Of a stretch of DNA of 64,000 nucleotides, positions 37,577 to 46,407 are shown piece after piece (within the stretch, counting starts at the first letter, position 1; every line of letters begins with the position of its first letter). Under the pieces are notes generated by a model. That model had not been told where the DNA came from. It worked only from the letters and a program-made list of their open reading frames with translations, and searched no databases. Source of the DNA: Flavobacteriaceae bacterium (GTDB lineage Bacteria > Bacteroidota > Bacteroidia > Flavobacteriales > Flavobacteriaceae); contig JBMYWH010000004.1 in assembly GCA_049607205.1 (NCBI GenBank), forward strand, positions 54,825 through 118,824, in the 5' to 3' direction. The translations under genes were made by a program, and so were the position numbers.

Positions 37577-37693
37577 ACCTGACTGATTTTATGATAAATA
37601 AAACAGGAAATTTCCTGAGAATGCCCGACTGGCATTCATTTCAATGAACGTTTTTTGGTTTTTATTAAAACCAAAAAGAAAAAGTAAGCAAGC

Positions 37694-37783
37694 TTACTTT
37701 TTCTTGTGTCTGTTAGCTCTCGCTCTTTTCTTACGTTTGTGAGTAGCGATCTTAGCTCTCTTTCTTTTCTTACCACTTGGCAT
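37694..37783 (-). CDS. 29-aa Arg/Lys-rich micro-protein, bS22-like (AURKAIP1/COX24-type)
   Basis: Not in the ORF track. Hand translation of the minus strand gives MPSGKKRKRAKIATHKRKKRARANRHKKK, then TAA. Lies between hup and rng in the same orientation. Family assignment from memory. Confidence 0.6.
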   Translation of the reverse strand: MPSGKKRKRAKIATHKRKKRARANRHKKK

Positions 37784-37812
37784 AGTTATAAGGTTTTAAA
37801 TTGTTAGATAAA

Positions 37813-37837
37813 ACGTGTAGATTATTTTGCTACACGT
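37813..37837 (-). terminator. hairpin / weak terminator overlapping the HU stop codon
   Basis: ACGTGTAG (37813-37820) / CTACACGT (37830-37837), 8-bp stem. On the minus strand it is followed by UUUAUCU. The stop codon lies in the loop. Confidence 0.45.
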
Positions 37838-38115
37838 ACATTATTTTTTACTCCTTCAGTAAATGTCTTAGAAGGCTTAAAAGCTGGAATATTGTGTGCT
37901 GGAATCTTGATAGTAGTATTCTTAGAAATATTTCTACCAGTTTTTTCTGCACGAGTCTTAACGATGAAACTACCAAATCCTCTTAGGTATACATTGTCTC
38001 CTCCTTCAAGAGCTCCTTTTACTTCATTCATAAATGCTTCAACTGTTGCTAAAACATCCGCTTTCTCAATCCCAGATTTCTCTGCGATATTACTTACGAT
38101 ATCTGCTTTCGTCAT
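37822..38115 (-). CDS. hup: HU-family DNA-binding protein
   Basis: MTKADIVSNIAEKSGIEK..., RGFGSF, beta-arm RNISKNTTIKIPA. ATG 38115 preferred over the ORF-track TTG at 38121. Confidence 0.9.
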   Translation of the reverse strand: MTKADIVSNIAEKSGIEKADVLATVEAFMNEVKGALEGGDNVYLRGFGSFIVKTRAEKTGRNISKNTTIKIPAHNIPAFKPSKTFTEGVKNNVRVAK

Positions 38116-38167
38116 CTTCAAAAAGTGTTTTATTATAATAGTTTTTTATTCTCTAATTTTGAGGGTG

Positions 38168-38175
38168 CAAATATA
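38168..38175 (-). promoter_or_regulatory. Bacteroidota -7 promoter box for hup
   Basis: Minus-strand TATATTTG, about 50 nt upstream of the hup ATG. Confidence 0.45.
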
Positions 38176-38256
38176 TAATTTTTCTTCTAAGTTTGTAGCT
38201 AATTTATTAAAATTTAACGAACTAAAGCCTAATATAAGGAATTTCATCTAATTTTT

Positions 38257-39291
38257 ATGATATTTTCACAAAATATAATTAACTGGTATTCAAGTAATAA
38301 GAGGGATCTGCCTTGGAGGCGAGATAGAAATCCCTACTCAGTATGGTTGAGTGAAATTATTCTTCAGCAGACTAGAATTGAGCAAGGAACACCTTATTAT
38401 TATAAGTTTATAGAGAATTTCCCTGAGGTAACAGATCTGGCAGATGCAGAGGAGGAGGAAGTTTTGAAACTGTGGCAAGGATTGGGTTATTACTCTAGAG
38501 CTCGAAACTTACATGTTACGGCTCAGGACATTCGCGATAACTATGGGGGGCAGTTTCCAGATAATTATAAAGAGTTAAAGAAATTAAAGGGAGTAGGTGA
38601 TTATACTGCATCAGCTATTTCTTCTATTTGTTTTGATGAGGTTCAAGCGGTGTTAGATGGGAATGTATTTCGGGTCTTGAGTCGCTACTTCGGAGTTGAT
38701 TTACCTATTAATTCAAGTGAAGGAATAAAGTTTTTCAGGCAGAAGGCTCAAAGTTTGGCGCCTAGTATAGGAATCGGTGATTACAATCAAGGTTTGATGG
38801 ATTTAGGATCTCGAGTTTGCAGTCCTAAAAAACCAACTTGTGAGCAATGTCCTTTATCTAAAGACTGTGTGGCTTATTTGACCAATTCCCAATTAGACTA
38901 TCCTGTTAAGAAAGGGAAGGTTAAAGTAAAAGAGGTTTATTTTTATTATTTGGTGATCGCTAGTGATAATGGATTAATGTTTAGAAAAAGACTTGAGGGT
39001 ATTTGGAAAAACATGTACGAATTCCCTTATATTTCGTCTGATTCTCCTATTTCAGATTTAGAGCTTGTTAGGCGTGTTGAAGCTAAATATGATATTCAGA
39101 TAGATAACAATGGGTTGACTCAGATTAAAGAGGAAGTTGTTCATAAGTTGTCTCATATGAAGATTAACGGTGGGTTTTATGCACTTACTAATGCAGAATT
39201 ACCTTATAAGTTATATAGCTACAAGGAGGTCGAGAAGCTCCCTGTTCCAGTTATTATTTCTAATTTTCTAAAAGAATATACAGTCCAATAA
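38257..39291 (+). CDS. mutY: A/G-specific adenine DNA glycosylase
   Basis: HhH-GPD core, 4Fe-4S loop CSPKKPTCEQCPLSKDC, C-terminal NUDIX-like domain. Confidence 0.92.
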   Translation: MIFSQNIINWYSSNKRDLPWRRDRNPYSVWLSEIILQQTRIEQGTPYYYKFIENFPEVTDLADAEEEEVLKLWQGLGYYSRARNLHVTAQDIRDNYGGQFPDNYKELKKLKGVGDYTASAISSICFDEVQAVLDGNVFRVLSRYFGVDLPINSSEGIKFFRQKAQSLAPSIGIGDYNQGLMDLGSRVCSPKKPTCEQCPLSKDCVAYLTNSQLDYPVKKGKVKVKEVYFYYLVIASDNGLMFRKRLEGIWKNMYEFPYISSDSPISDLELVRRVEAKYDIQIDNNGLTQIKEEVVHKLSHMKINGGFYALTNAELPYKLYSYKEVEKLPVPVIISNFLKEYTVQ

Positions 39292-39299
39292 ATTTTGTT

Positions 39300-39307
39300 T
39301 ATTTTTG
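39300..39307 (+). promoter_or_regulatory. Bacteroidota -7 promoter box for ssb
   Basis: TATTTTTG, only 4 nt before ATG 39312. Confidence 0.4.
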
Positions 39308-39311
39308 AATT

Positions 39312-39704
39312 ATGGCAGGAACTGTGAACAAAGTTATTTTAATAGGACATCTTGGAGATGAGGTAAAGATGCATTATTTTGAAGGTGGAAACTCTGTAGG
39401 GAGGTTTCCTGTGGCTACCAATGAGTCTTATACAAATAAACAGACTGGTGAACGAGTGAGTCAAACAGATTGGCACAATGTTGTGGTGAGAAACAAATTG
39501 GCTGAACTTTGTGAGAAATACTTGAGTAAAGGCGATCGTGTTTATCTTGAAGGAAAGATTAAGAATCGACAGTGGGAGCAGGAAGGTCAGAAGCGTTATA
39601 CTACTGAAATCATAGTGAATGAGATGACTTTTTTAAGTACTCAAAAGAACGAAAGTTCTCCTAATCCTAAGCCGGAGGATGAGAATGATAGTTTACCCTT
39701 TTAA
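39312..39704 (+). CDS. ssb: single-stranded DNA-binding protein
   Basis: OB-fold (VNKVILIGHLGDE, TDWHNVV) and acidic tail ending in DSLPF. Confidence 0.93.
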   Translation: MAGTVNKVILIGHLGDEVKMHYFEGGNSVGRFPVATNESYTNKQTGERVSQTDWHNVVVRNKLAELCEKYLSKGDRVYLEGKIKNRQWEQEGQKRYTTEIIVNEMTFLSTQKNESSPNPKPEDENDSLPF

Positions 39705-39720
39705 TTAAAATTTACCATTT

Positions 39721-41055
39721 TTGGATCCAGAACCCAGTCAATTTTTAGATGTCTTAATTTCCCTTCCATGGGGAGTGATTTTTAATACCCTAATCGTAGT
39801 CCTATTATTGTTTTGTTCTGCCTTAATTTCTGGGGCAGAAGTAGCTTTCTTTTCCTTAAACCAAAGTCAATTGGATCTATGCGAGGAGTCTAAGGACCCA
39901 AAACTTAATCTTGTTGCAAGTCTGATGATGAATCCCAAGAAGGTTTTGGCCACCATATTGGTGACTAACAATTTTGTAAACATCTTGATTGTACTTCTTT
40001 TTTCTAATTTGGGTAATTTTTATTTTGCTTCTATTACTCGAACTTTTGACCTATTCTTCTTTGATGTCTCGTTGAGGTTTTTATTAGAGGTTGTCTTGAT
40101 TACTTTTTTAATTTTATTATTCGGTGAGGTGCTTCCTAAGGTATATGCAACTAAGAATGCCGTGGGGTTTTCAAAAAGAATGGCACCTGTTTTGAAGGTT
40201 TTGATAAAACTAACCTACTTTATCTCCAGACCAATGATGGCTATGTCACAAACTATTGAGCATGGATTAGGAAAGAAACAAAGTGAACTTTCGGTAGAAA
40301 AACTTTCACAAGCTTTAGAGTTGACTTCTGATGGTGCTACAACAGAAAATGAGCAGAAAATATTAGAAGGAATAGTTAGTTTCGGGAATACTGAGACTAT
40401 TGAGGTAATGAAACCAAGAATTGATATTAAAGCAATTAATGAAGAAGAATCTTATCAAGAGGTTTTAGCAAAGTTGGTTAAATATGGATATTCTAGAAAT
40501 CCGGTTTATAGAGAATCTGTAGATAAGATTGTAGGGGTTTTATATGCTAAAGATTTATTGCCCTATCTCAATAAAAATGAGTTTAATTGGCAGCGGTTGT
40601 TGAGGGAGCCATTTTTCGTTCCTGAGAATAAAAAATTAGATGACTTATTGACCGATTTTCAAGAAAAGAAAAATCACCTTGCTATTGTTGTTGATGAATA
40701 TGGTGGAACTTCGGGTTTAGTTACACTTGAAGATGTTATTGAAGAAATTGTTGGAGATATCTCGGATGAATTTGATGACGATGATTTGGTTTATTCAAAA
40801 CTGGATGATTTTAATTACGTATTTGAAGGTAAAATAACTTTAAAAGATTTCTATAAAATAGTTGAAGTGGATCAAGAGGTTTTTGAGGAGTCTCGTGGAG
40901 AAGCTGAGACCTTAGCTGGGTTTATTTTAGAGATTTCGGGTAAATTTCCTAAAATCAAAGAACTCGTTAATTTTGGTGCATACAGGTTTGAAATAGAGGG
41001 TATGAGTAGAAATAGAATTACACAACTTAAATTTACACTTCCTAAAGATGTATAG
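39721..41055 (+). CDS. gldE: gliding motility-associated protein GldE (DUF21 + CBS pair + CorC/HlyC)
   Basis: CNNM/DUF21 TM domain, CBS pair, CorC_HlyC C-terminus. The ssb-gldE-gldD order matches that described for F. johnsoniae. TTG is the only available start. Confidence 0.85.
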   Translation: MDPEPSQFLDVLISLPWGVIFNTLIVVLLLFCSALISGAEVAFFSLNQSQLDLCEESKDPKLNLVASLMMNPKKVLATILVTNNFVNILIVLLFSNLGNFYFASITRTFDLFFFDVSLRFLLEVVLITFLILLFGEVLPKVYATKNAVGFSKRMAPVLKVLIKLTYFISRPMMAMSQTIEHGLGKKQSELSVEKLSQALELTSDGATTENEQKILEGIVSFGNTETIEVMKPRIDIKAINEEESYQEVLAKLVKYGYSRNPVYRESVDKIVGVLYAKDLLPYLNKNEFNWQRLLREPFFVPENKKLDDLLTDFQEKKNHLAIVVDEYGGTSGLVTLEDVIEEIVGDISDEFDDDDLVYSKLDDFNYVFEGKITLKDFYKIVEVDQEVFEESRGEAETLAGFILEISGKFPKIKELVNFGAYRFEIEGMSRNRITQLKFTLPKDV

Positions 41056-41599
41056 ACTACTTGTTTTGTTATTCGTTTTGAGTTCCTGTGGTGGAGATTC
41101 TTCTGTGCAGCCTAAACCTTTAGGCTATTTAGGACTAGACTATGGGAAGCCTGAATACATCACTTCGGGAGTGAAAGACACCTATGAGTTTATGATGAAT
41201 AAACAGGCTGTTTTTCAGAATTTGGAAAATGGTTGGGCTAAGATTAATTATCCTAAATTAAGAGCTAGTATCGATATTACTTATCGCCCGGTCGATGGTA
41301 ATTTGAGGGCCCTTATGATGGAGTCTGAAAAGTTAACCTTTTCTCATGCTGTAAAGGCGGATGAGATTAGTGCTCAGCCTTATGAGGACTTCGAGCGTGG
41401 CAATTATGGGAAAATATATGAGGTAAAAGGGAATGCAGCGACGAATATACAATTCAATATAACTGATAGTACGGCTAATTTTCTAACGGCAAGTTTATAC
41501 TTTAAAGTCACTCCAAATTTTGATTCTATAGAACCTGCAGTTAAATATATCGAATCAGATATTAAGGTATTGATGGAGTCTCTTCGGTGGTCTCAATAG
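41048..41599 (+). CDS. gldD: gliding motility lipoprotein GldD
   Basis: Lipobox VLSSCGG, about 183 aa, overlaps gldE by 8 nt. Call rests on position and size, plus the PKPLGYLGLDY start of the mature part. Confidence 0.75.
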   Translation: MYRLLVLLFVLSSCGGDSSVQPKPLGYLGLDYGKPEYITSGVKDTYEFMMNKQAVFQNLENGWAKINYPKLRASIDITYRPVDGNLRALMMESEKLTFSHAVKADEISAQPYEDFERGNYGKIYEVKGNAATNIQFNITDSTANFLTASLYFKVTPNFDSIEPAVKYIESDIKVLMESLRWSQ

Positions 41600-41897
41600 A
41601 TTTAACCGTATATAAATCTCCTCCTGCAATTCCTTCTATAACTTGAACTAAATCTTCTTGACTTAGTCTGTTTTTATCATACTTGATTGTTCCAATGCTG
41701 TCTTGAAATATTACTTCAACAAAATCAACTCCATTTACTTTGATCAGTTTGGATTCAATCAGTTTTGCACATCCTATCTCACAGGTCATTCCTGAAATAT
41801 TCACTTGAACCTCAGCAAGGTCCGGACTGGATGTTGGAGCTTGGTTTTGACAAGAGATTAGAAAAAGTCCAACTAAAAAACTAAAAAGATATTTCAT
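41562..41897 (-). CDS. heavy-metal-associated (HMA) domain lipoprotein
   Basis: Lipobox FLISC. HMA fold with GMTCEIGC (CxxxC variant). 3' end overlaps gldD by 38 nt. Confidence 0.75.
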   Translation of the reverse strand: MKYLFSFLVGLFLISCQNQAPTSSPDLAEVQVNISGMTCEIGCAKLIESKLIKVNGVDFVEVIFQDSIGTIKYDKNRLSQEDLVQVIEGIAGGDLYTVKSIETTEETPSIP

Positions 41898-41912
41898 TTG
41901 ATTGATTTTCTA

Positions 41913-41920
41913 CAAAAGTA
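41913..41920 (-). promoter_or_regulatory. Bacteroidota -7 promoter box for the HMA gene
   Basis: Minus-strand TACTTTTG, 15 nt upstream of the ATG (41895-41897). Confidence 0.45.
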
Positions 41921-41964
41921 CAAAAGCAATTTAATATCTGATAAAAAAGTGTCATTTTCGCAAG

Positions 41965-42834
41965 ATGAAAATTAAGTGGTTGTATCTTATTGTCTTATCT
42001 CTGGTTTGGGGGAGTTCTTTTATTTTGATGAAAAAAGCCCTTTTAGGTTTAGGTCCAATTGAAATAGGAGCATTTCGGATTTTGATTACAGCTTTGTTTT
42101 TACTCATTGTAGGAGCAAAACGATTAAAGGAGATAAGTAAAACTCAGTGGAAGTATATTTTTATCACTGCCTTTTTGGGGACTTTTTTCCCTGCATTCTT
42201 CTTTGCATTGGCAATTGAAAATATAGATAGTTCAATTGCAGCGGTTCTGAATTCTTTGACTCCTTTAAATACATTGATTACAGGTGTTCTTTTTTTTGGG
42301 TTCGTTTTCAGACCGAAGGCCTTAATAGGTGTTTTACTCGGGTTAGTAGGAACATTGATATTAATCTTAAAGGGAGCATCCTTAAACCCAGGTCAAAATT
42401 ATTGGTTTGCATTATATATTCTAGCCTCTACTTTAGGTTATGCTTTTAATGTAAATATCCTAAAGAGGTATTTAAGTGATTTAAACGCGCTGAGTATTAC
42501 CTTAGGTAATTTCGTGGTGTTGATTATACCGGCCTTGGGGGTGTTGATTTATATTGATTTCTTTGAGGAATTTGAATTTGGTACTCCACAGATTGCTTCG
42601 TTTGGCTATTTGACTGTTCTGTCAGTGCTAGGAACGGGTGTTGCTAAGGTGATATTCAATCGATTGGTTCAGTTAGCGAGTCCTGTCTTCGCTTCTTCTG
42701 TGACCTATTTAATTCCAATTGTGGCATTGGTTTGGGGTTTTTTAGATGGAGAACATTTAGCATTTGAACAACTAGCTGGGGCTTTAGTTATTTTATTAGG
42801 GGTCTATATTACCGGACGTTTTAATAAGGTTTAA
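41965..42834 (+). CDS. EamA/DMT-family transporter
   Basis: Ten predicted TM helices in two EamA-like halves, 289 aa. Confidence 0.85.
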   Translation: MKIKWLYLIVLSLVWGSSFILMKKALLGLGPIEIGAFRILITALFLLIVGAKRLKEISKTQWKYIFITAFLGTFFPAFFFALAIENIDSSIAAVLNSLTPLNTLITGVLFFGFVFRPKALIGVLLGLVGTLILILKGASLNPGQNYWFALYILASTLGYAFNVNILKRYLSDLNALSITLGNFVVLIIPALGVLIYIDFFEEFEFGTPQIASFGYLTVLSVLGTGVAKVIFNRLVQLASPVFASSVTYLIPIVALVWGFLDGEHLAFEQLAGALVILLGVYITGRFNKV

Positions 42835-43523
42835 TTGAATTCTGAAGTCGGAATTTCAGTGTTGATGTTTACCGATTCTAATCTATAGGTAAGTTGGTTG
42901 TTTCCAGAACTAATTACTAAGGTGTTGGGGATGAGTATTCCTTGATAGGCTCTGTAGTCTTGGTATTTTATAAGTTGCTTGTTCTTATTTCCGTTTACTA
43001 TTTTTTGAGTTTCAGTTTGAAGTTTTAGATGAGTTTGCTTGTCGTAAAACGAGAAAGTAAATTCTGACATTTGAATTTTATAGACTTCGGTTAGATCTTC
43101 AAGTTGAGTGAGCCCCTTGTTGATTGCAGTTTCTTGAAAGTCTAGTTCAGGAAAAGGGCTAGAGGTTTGTTTTAAGTTCGAAAGTTCTACACCTTGTATA
43201 GACACGGTTCCATAAGGAGTAGTTTGAATTGCCTTTTCTCCGTCAAAACTAAGTTTGGAAAAAACTTGACCTTCGGCTATGGCTTGGATTAATTTTAGAT
43301 TGGGGCTTTTCAGATCAGCCTCTAATTTTATACTCATTTTATCAGTGTCCGCAACATAAGTAGTTCTAAGTGTTTTGATGTTTAGGATGCTATCTTTATT
43401 GTAGATGGCGTCAAAATAGTCATTAAATATTGTGCGAGGAGGAAGTTCTTGACCAAAGCTATTCGTGTTTGTGATCAAGAGATAAGTAATTAAGAGTGTT
43501 TTTAATAAGCCGTTTTTCGTCAT
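42831..43523 (-). CDS. hypothetical secreted protein
   Basis: Signal peptide (SFG|QEL), 230 aa, beta-rich. No family recognised. Confidence 0.5.
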   Translation of the reverse strand: MTKNGLLKTLLITYLLITNTNSFGQELPPRTIFNDYFDAIYNKDSILNIKTLRTTYVADTDKMSIKLEADLKSPNLKLIQAIAEGQVFSKLSFDGEKAIQTTPYGTVSIQGVELSNLKQTSSPFPELDFQETAINKGLTQLEDLTEVYKIQMSEFTFSFYDKQTHLKLQTETQKIVNGNKNKQLIKYQDYRAYQGILIPNTLVISSGNNQLTYRLESVNINTEIPTSEFN

Positions 43524-43568
43524 AAGAATAAAGGTATAAATAAATGTTGGTACTTGATGAAAAATACG

Positions 43569-43576
43569 TATATTTG
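43569..43576 (+). promoter_or_regulatory. Bacteroidota -7 promoter box for rplU-rpmA
   Basis: TATATTTG, 38 nt upstream of ATG 43615. Confidence 0.5.
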
Positions 43577-43614
43577 CAGTCGTTTTAAATGACGCTAAAT
43601 TAAAATTATTAATT

Positions 43615-43986
43615 ATGTACGCAATCGTAGAGATAGCAGGGCAGCAATTTAAAGTTGCAAAAGACCAAAAAGTGTACGTTCACCGTTTGTCGGCTGAAGA
43701 GGGATCAAAAGTTGTTTTTGATAACGTTCTTTTAGTAGATAAAGCAGGGAAGGTAACAATCGGCGCCCCAGCTATAAAAGGAGCTAAAGTAAAAGCTACT
43801 GTTTTAGGTCACCTTAAGGGAGACAAAGTAATCGTTTTCAAGAAGAAAAGAAGAAAAGGTTACAAAGTGAAGAATGGTCACCGTCAGTATTTGACTGAAA
43901 TTCAAATCAACGGAATCACGGTAAGTGCAGCAAAGAAAAAAGCAGCGCCTAAAAAAGAAGAAGTTTCTAAAGAAGAAGCTAAATAA
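43615..43986 (+). CDS. rplU: 50S ribosomal protein L21
   Basis: [14 protein letters not shown]... plus a Lys/Ala-rich C-terminal extension. Confidence 0.95.
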   Translation: MYAIVEIAGQQFKVAKDQKVYVHRLSAEEGSKVVFDNVLLVDKAGKVTIGAPAIKGAKVKATVLGHLKGDKVIVFKKKRRKGYKVKNGHRQYLTEIQINGITVSAAKKKAAPKKEEVSKEEAK

Positions 43987-44035
43987 TTAAATTATTAACC
44001 CAAACTCGATAGTCGAGTTTTTAAAATCCTATATT

Positions 44036-44296
44036 ATGGCTCATAAGAAAGGTGTCGGAAGTTCGAAGAACGGTAGAGAATCAGAATCGAAACGACTTGG
44101 TGTTAAGATTTTTGGTGGTCAAGCTGCCTTAGCTGGAAATATCATTGTTCGTCAGAGAGGAACAGCACACAACCCAGGTGAAAATGTTTACATGGGAAAA
44201 GATCATACTTTACATGCTAAAGTTGACGGTGTTGTTAAATTCACTAAAAAGAAAGACAACAGATCTTACGTATCTATTTTGCCGTTTGAGGCTTAA
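44036..44296 (+). CDS. rpmA: 50S ribosomal protein L27
   Basis: [24 protein letters not shown]..., canonical L27. Confidence 0.96.
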   Translation: MAHKKGVGSSKNGRESESKRLGVKIFGGQAALAGNIIVRQRGTAHNPGENVYMGKDHTLHAKVDGVVKFTKKKDNRSYVSILPFEA

Positions 44297-44317
44297 GAAT
44301 CGTTAAGACAAAAGAAT

Positions 44318-44348
44318 AAAACTCCCAATTGCTTGGGAGTTTTTTTTT
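44318..44348 (+). terminator. Rho-independent terminator
   Basis: AAAACTCCCAA / TTGGGAGTTTT stem, TTGC loop, T-run to 44348. Confidence 0.8.
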
Positions 44349-44378
44349 GCTTAATTTCGAAATAAATAAAGCAGGTAA

Positions 44379-45029
44379 ATGAAGGCAGACAGTCCAGGTA
44401 TAGAAAAGCTTAACGGGTATTTCTCATATGTTTTTGAGGAAGAACTTATCAAAGAAATTAGTGAGGTAGGCCGTTATAACGTCATTCCAAAAGATAGTAT
44501 TTTGGTTGATATAGGTGAAGTAATGGATTGTATACCGCTGTTGCTGGAAGGAGCGATTAAAATTGTTCGTGAAGATGAGCAAGGAGATGAGATTGTGCTC
44601 TATTTCTTGGAACGTGGTGATACTTGTGCGGTTTCATTTGGAACGGGATTGGCTCAAACAAAAAGTAAGATTCGTGGGATGACTGAAAAGGAATCAGAAA
44701 TTGTCTTTGTTCCTTATGAGAAGTTAGACCAGTGGATGGTGAAGTATGCTTCCTGGAGGCAGTTTATTTTAGAAAGTTATAATCTGAGGATGGGTGAGAT
44801 GATCGATACTGTGGATACTTTAGCGTTTATGCAAATGGATCAGAGGTTGTTGAAATTCTTAAAAGATAAGGCTCAAATTATGAGGTCTGACGAGCTTGAG
44901 ATGACTCATCAAGACTTAGCAATAGATATGAATACCTCTCGTGTAGTTGTTTCTAGAGTACTTAAGGCTCTTGAAAAACAAGGAGAATTGAGCTTGTCTC
45001 GTAATAATATTAAGTTATTAAAGCTTTAA
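44379..45029 (+). CDS. Crp/Fnr-family transcriptional regulator
   Basis: cNMP-binding-like beta-roll and a C-terminal HTH (THQDLAIDMNTSRVVVSRVLKALE). No Fnr-type N-terminal Cys cluster. Confidence 0.85.
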   Translation: MKADSPGIEKLNGYFSYVFEEELIKEISEVGRYNVIPKDSILVDIGEVMDCIPLLLEGAIKIVREDEQGDEIVLYFLERGDTCAVSFGTGLAQTKSKIRGMTEKESEIVFVPYEKLDQWMVKYASWRQFILESYNLRMGEMIDTVDTLAFMQMDQRLLKFLKDKAQIMRSDELEMTHQDLAIDMNTSRVVVSRVLKALEKQGELSLSRNNIKLLKL

Positions 45030-45030
45030 G

Positions 45031-46035
45031 ATGAAAGATGTTTGGGGAAGAGAATTGACTTATTTGCGTCTTGCAATTACCGACCGTTGTAATTTAAGAT
45101 GTAATTATTGTATGCCTGCTCAAGGGATAGAGCTTTCGCCGAAACGTGATTTATTGAGTTTTGAAGAATATATAAAAATTGTAAAAAACTCTGTTTCCTT
45201 AGGAGTTAATAAAGTTCGAATCACTGGAGGGGAGCCACTTGTTCGCAAAGATGTTTTGAGTTTTTTTAGGCAGCTGTCACAAATTGAAGGGTTGAAATCA
45301 TGGAATTTAACCACTAATGGTGTTTTGTTGGACCGGTATTTACCGGATCTTGAGAAGCTGGGAATTGACTCTGTTAATTTGAGTATGGACAGCCTTCAAG
45401 AGGATAGATTTCAGGCAATTACACGTCGTAATGATTTTAAACAAGTTAAAAGTAGTCTCTATGCTTTGATTGATAGTCCTGTGCGCTTGAAGTTAAATGT
45501 TGTTTTGATGGCCGATCAAAATACGGATGAAATTAAAGATTTCATAGAACTTAGTCGTCTTCACGATTTAGAGCTTAGGTTTATAGAAGAAATGCCTTTT
45601 AATGGAGGAAGTCTGAAAGCTTCAAAAACACCTTGGTCCGCAAAAGATATAGTGGATGAGATTTATAGATTATATCCCAATGTTGAGGAATTAGGGAGAG
45701 GGGTTTCCGAAACGAGTTTTAACTATAGGTTAGCGGGCTCAAAAGGAAGCTTCGGGGTTATTCCAGCCTTTACTAGAAGTATCTGTAATGATTGTAATAG
45801 AATTCGAATAACCGCAAAGGGTGAGTTGAAAAACTGCCTGTACGACAAAGGAGTTTATGATTTTAAACGTATCTTGAGGGATGCGAATCTTTCCTCTGTT
45901 GAGAAAGATATAATGATTAGGGAGGAGTTAAACAGACTTGTTAAACTCAAACCTAAAGATGGTTTTGAAGCTGCTGAAGCAGCGTCTACTAATTCAGTTG
46001 GTTATAGGAAAAGTATGTCCCATATCGGAGGGTGA
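45031..46035 (+). CDS. moaA: GTP 3',8-cyclase
   Basis: Radical-SAM CNLRCNYC, second cluster CNDCNRIR...C, C-terminal GG. Confidence 0.93.
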   Translation: MKDVWGRELTYLRLAITDRCNLRCNYCMPAQGIELSPKRDLLSFEEYIKIVKNSVSLGVNKVRITGGEPLVRKDVLSFFRQLSQIEGLKSWNLTTNGVLLDRYLPDLEKLGIDSVNLSMDSLQEDRFQAITRRNDFKQVKSSLYALIDSPVRLKLNVVLMADQNTDEIKDFIELSRLHDLELRFIEEMPFNGGSLKASKTPWSAKDIVDEIYRLYPNVEELGRGVSETSFNYRLAGSKGSFGVIPAFTRSICNDCNRIRITAKGELKNCLYDKGVYDFKRILRDANLSSVEKDIMIREELNRLVKLKPKDGFEAAEAASTNSVGYRKSMSHIGG

Positions 46036-46038
46036 TTT

Positions 46039-46407
46039 ATGAGAAAGTATTTTGTAGTATTCTGTTTGTTTGTGTGTTCTGGGATCCTTACCTGGTCCTA
46101 TAATTTAGAACATGATAAGCTTTATGTTTTTATTTCAAGCTTGATAAGTTTATCAATGATTAGCCTGTTTTTTTGGTGGCTTTTTAAGACAAGTTATGCC
46201 TTACTTGGGACTTTGTTGTCCTTAGTAGCCTTAGTGACTTGTTTTATGTTAGGTTTATTCCTTTATAGAGATACTGCACTTGGCATTCCTATGGGAGGGA
46301 TTACCTTTAGAGCTGCTGTATTCTGGTCACTTTATGAATTAGTTTTGATGGGTTTTTTCTTTATGTTGGTAAGAAATTTTATTAGAATATTTAAAAAATC
46401 TAAATAG
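46039..46407 (+). CDS. small polytopic membrane protein, unknown function
   Basis: 122 aa, four hydrophobic helices. Sits 3 nt after moaA and shares one nt (TAGTG) with the moeA start. Confidence 0.5.
   Translation: MRKYFVVFCLFVCSGILTWSYNLEHDKLYVFISSLISLSMISLFFWWLFKTSYALLGTLLSLVALVTCFMLGLFLYRDTALGIPMGGITFRAAVFWSLYELVLMGFFFMLVRNFIRIFKKSK

Noticed and set aside
37892-38251. 119-aa plus-strand ORF in the track.
   Set aside because: It is antisense to the well-supported HU gene and runs on through the divergent promoter region. It is hydrophobic and low-complexity, with no start context.
41778-41798. HMA metal-binding motif reads MTCEIGC (CxxxC) instead of the canonical MxCxxC.
   Set aside because: From memory this CxxxC spacing is the usual form in flavobacterial HMA lipoproteins, so it is a family trait rather than an anomaly.
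44297-44378. Looked for a Moco riboswitch upstream of the molybdenum-cofactor genes.
   Set aside because: The 82-nt spacer is fully accounted for by the rpmA terminator plus about 30 nt. moaA follows the crp-like gene after 1 nt, so there is no room for the Moco RNA motif.
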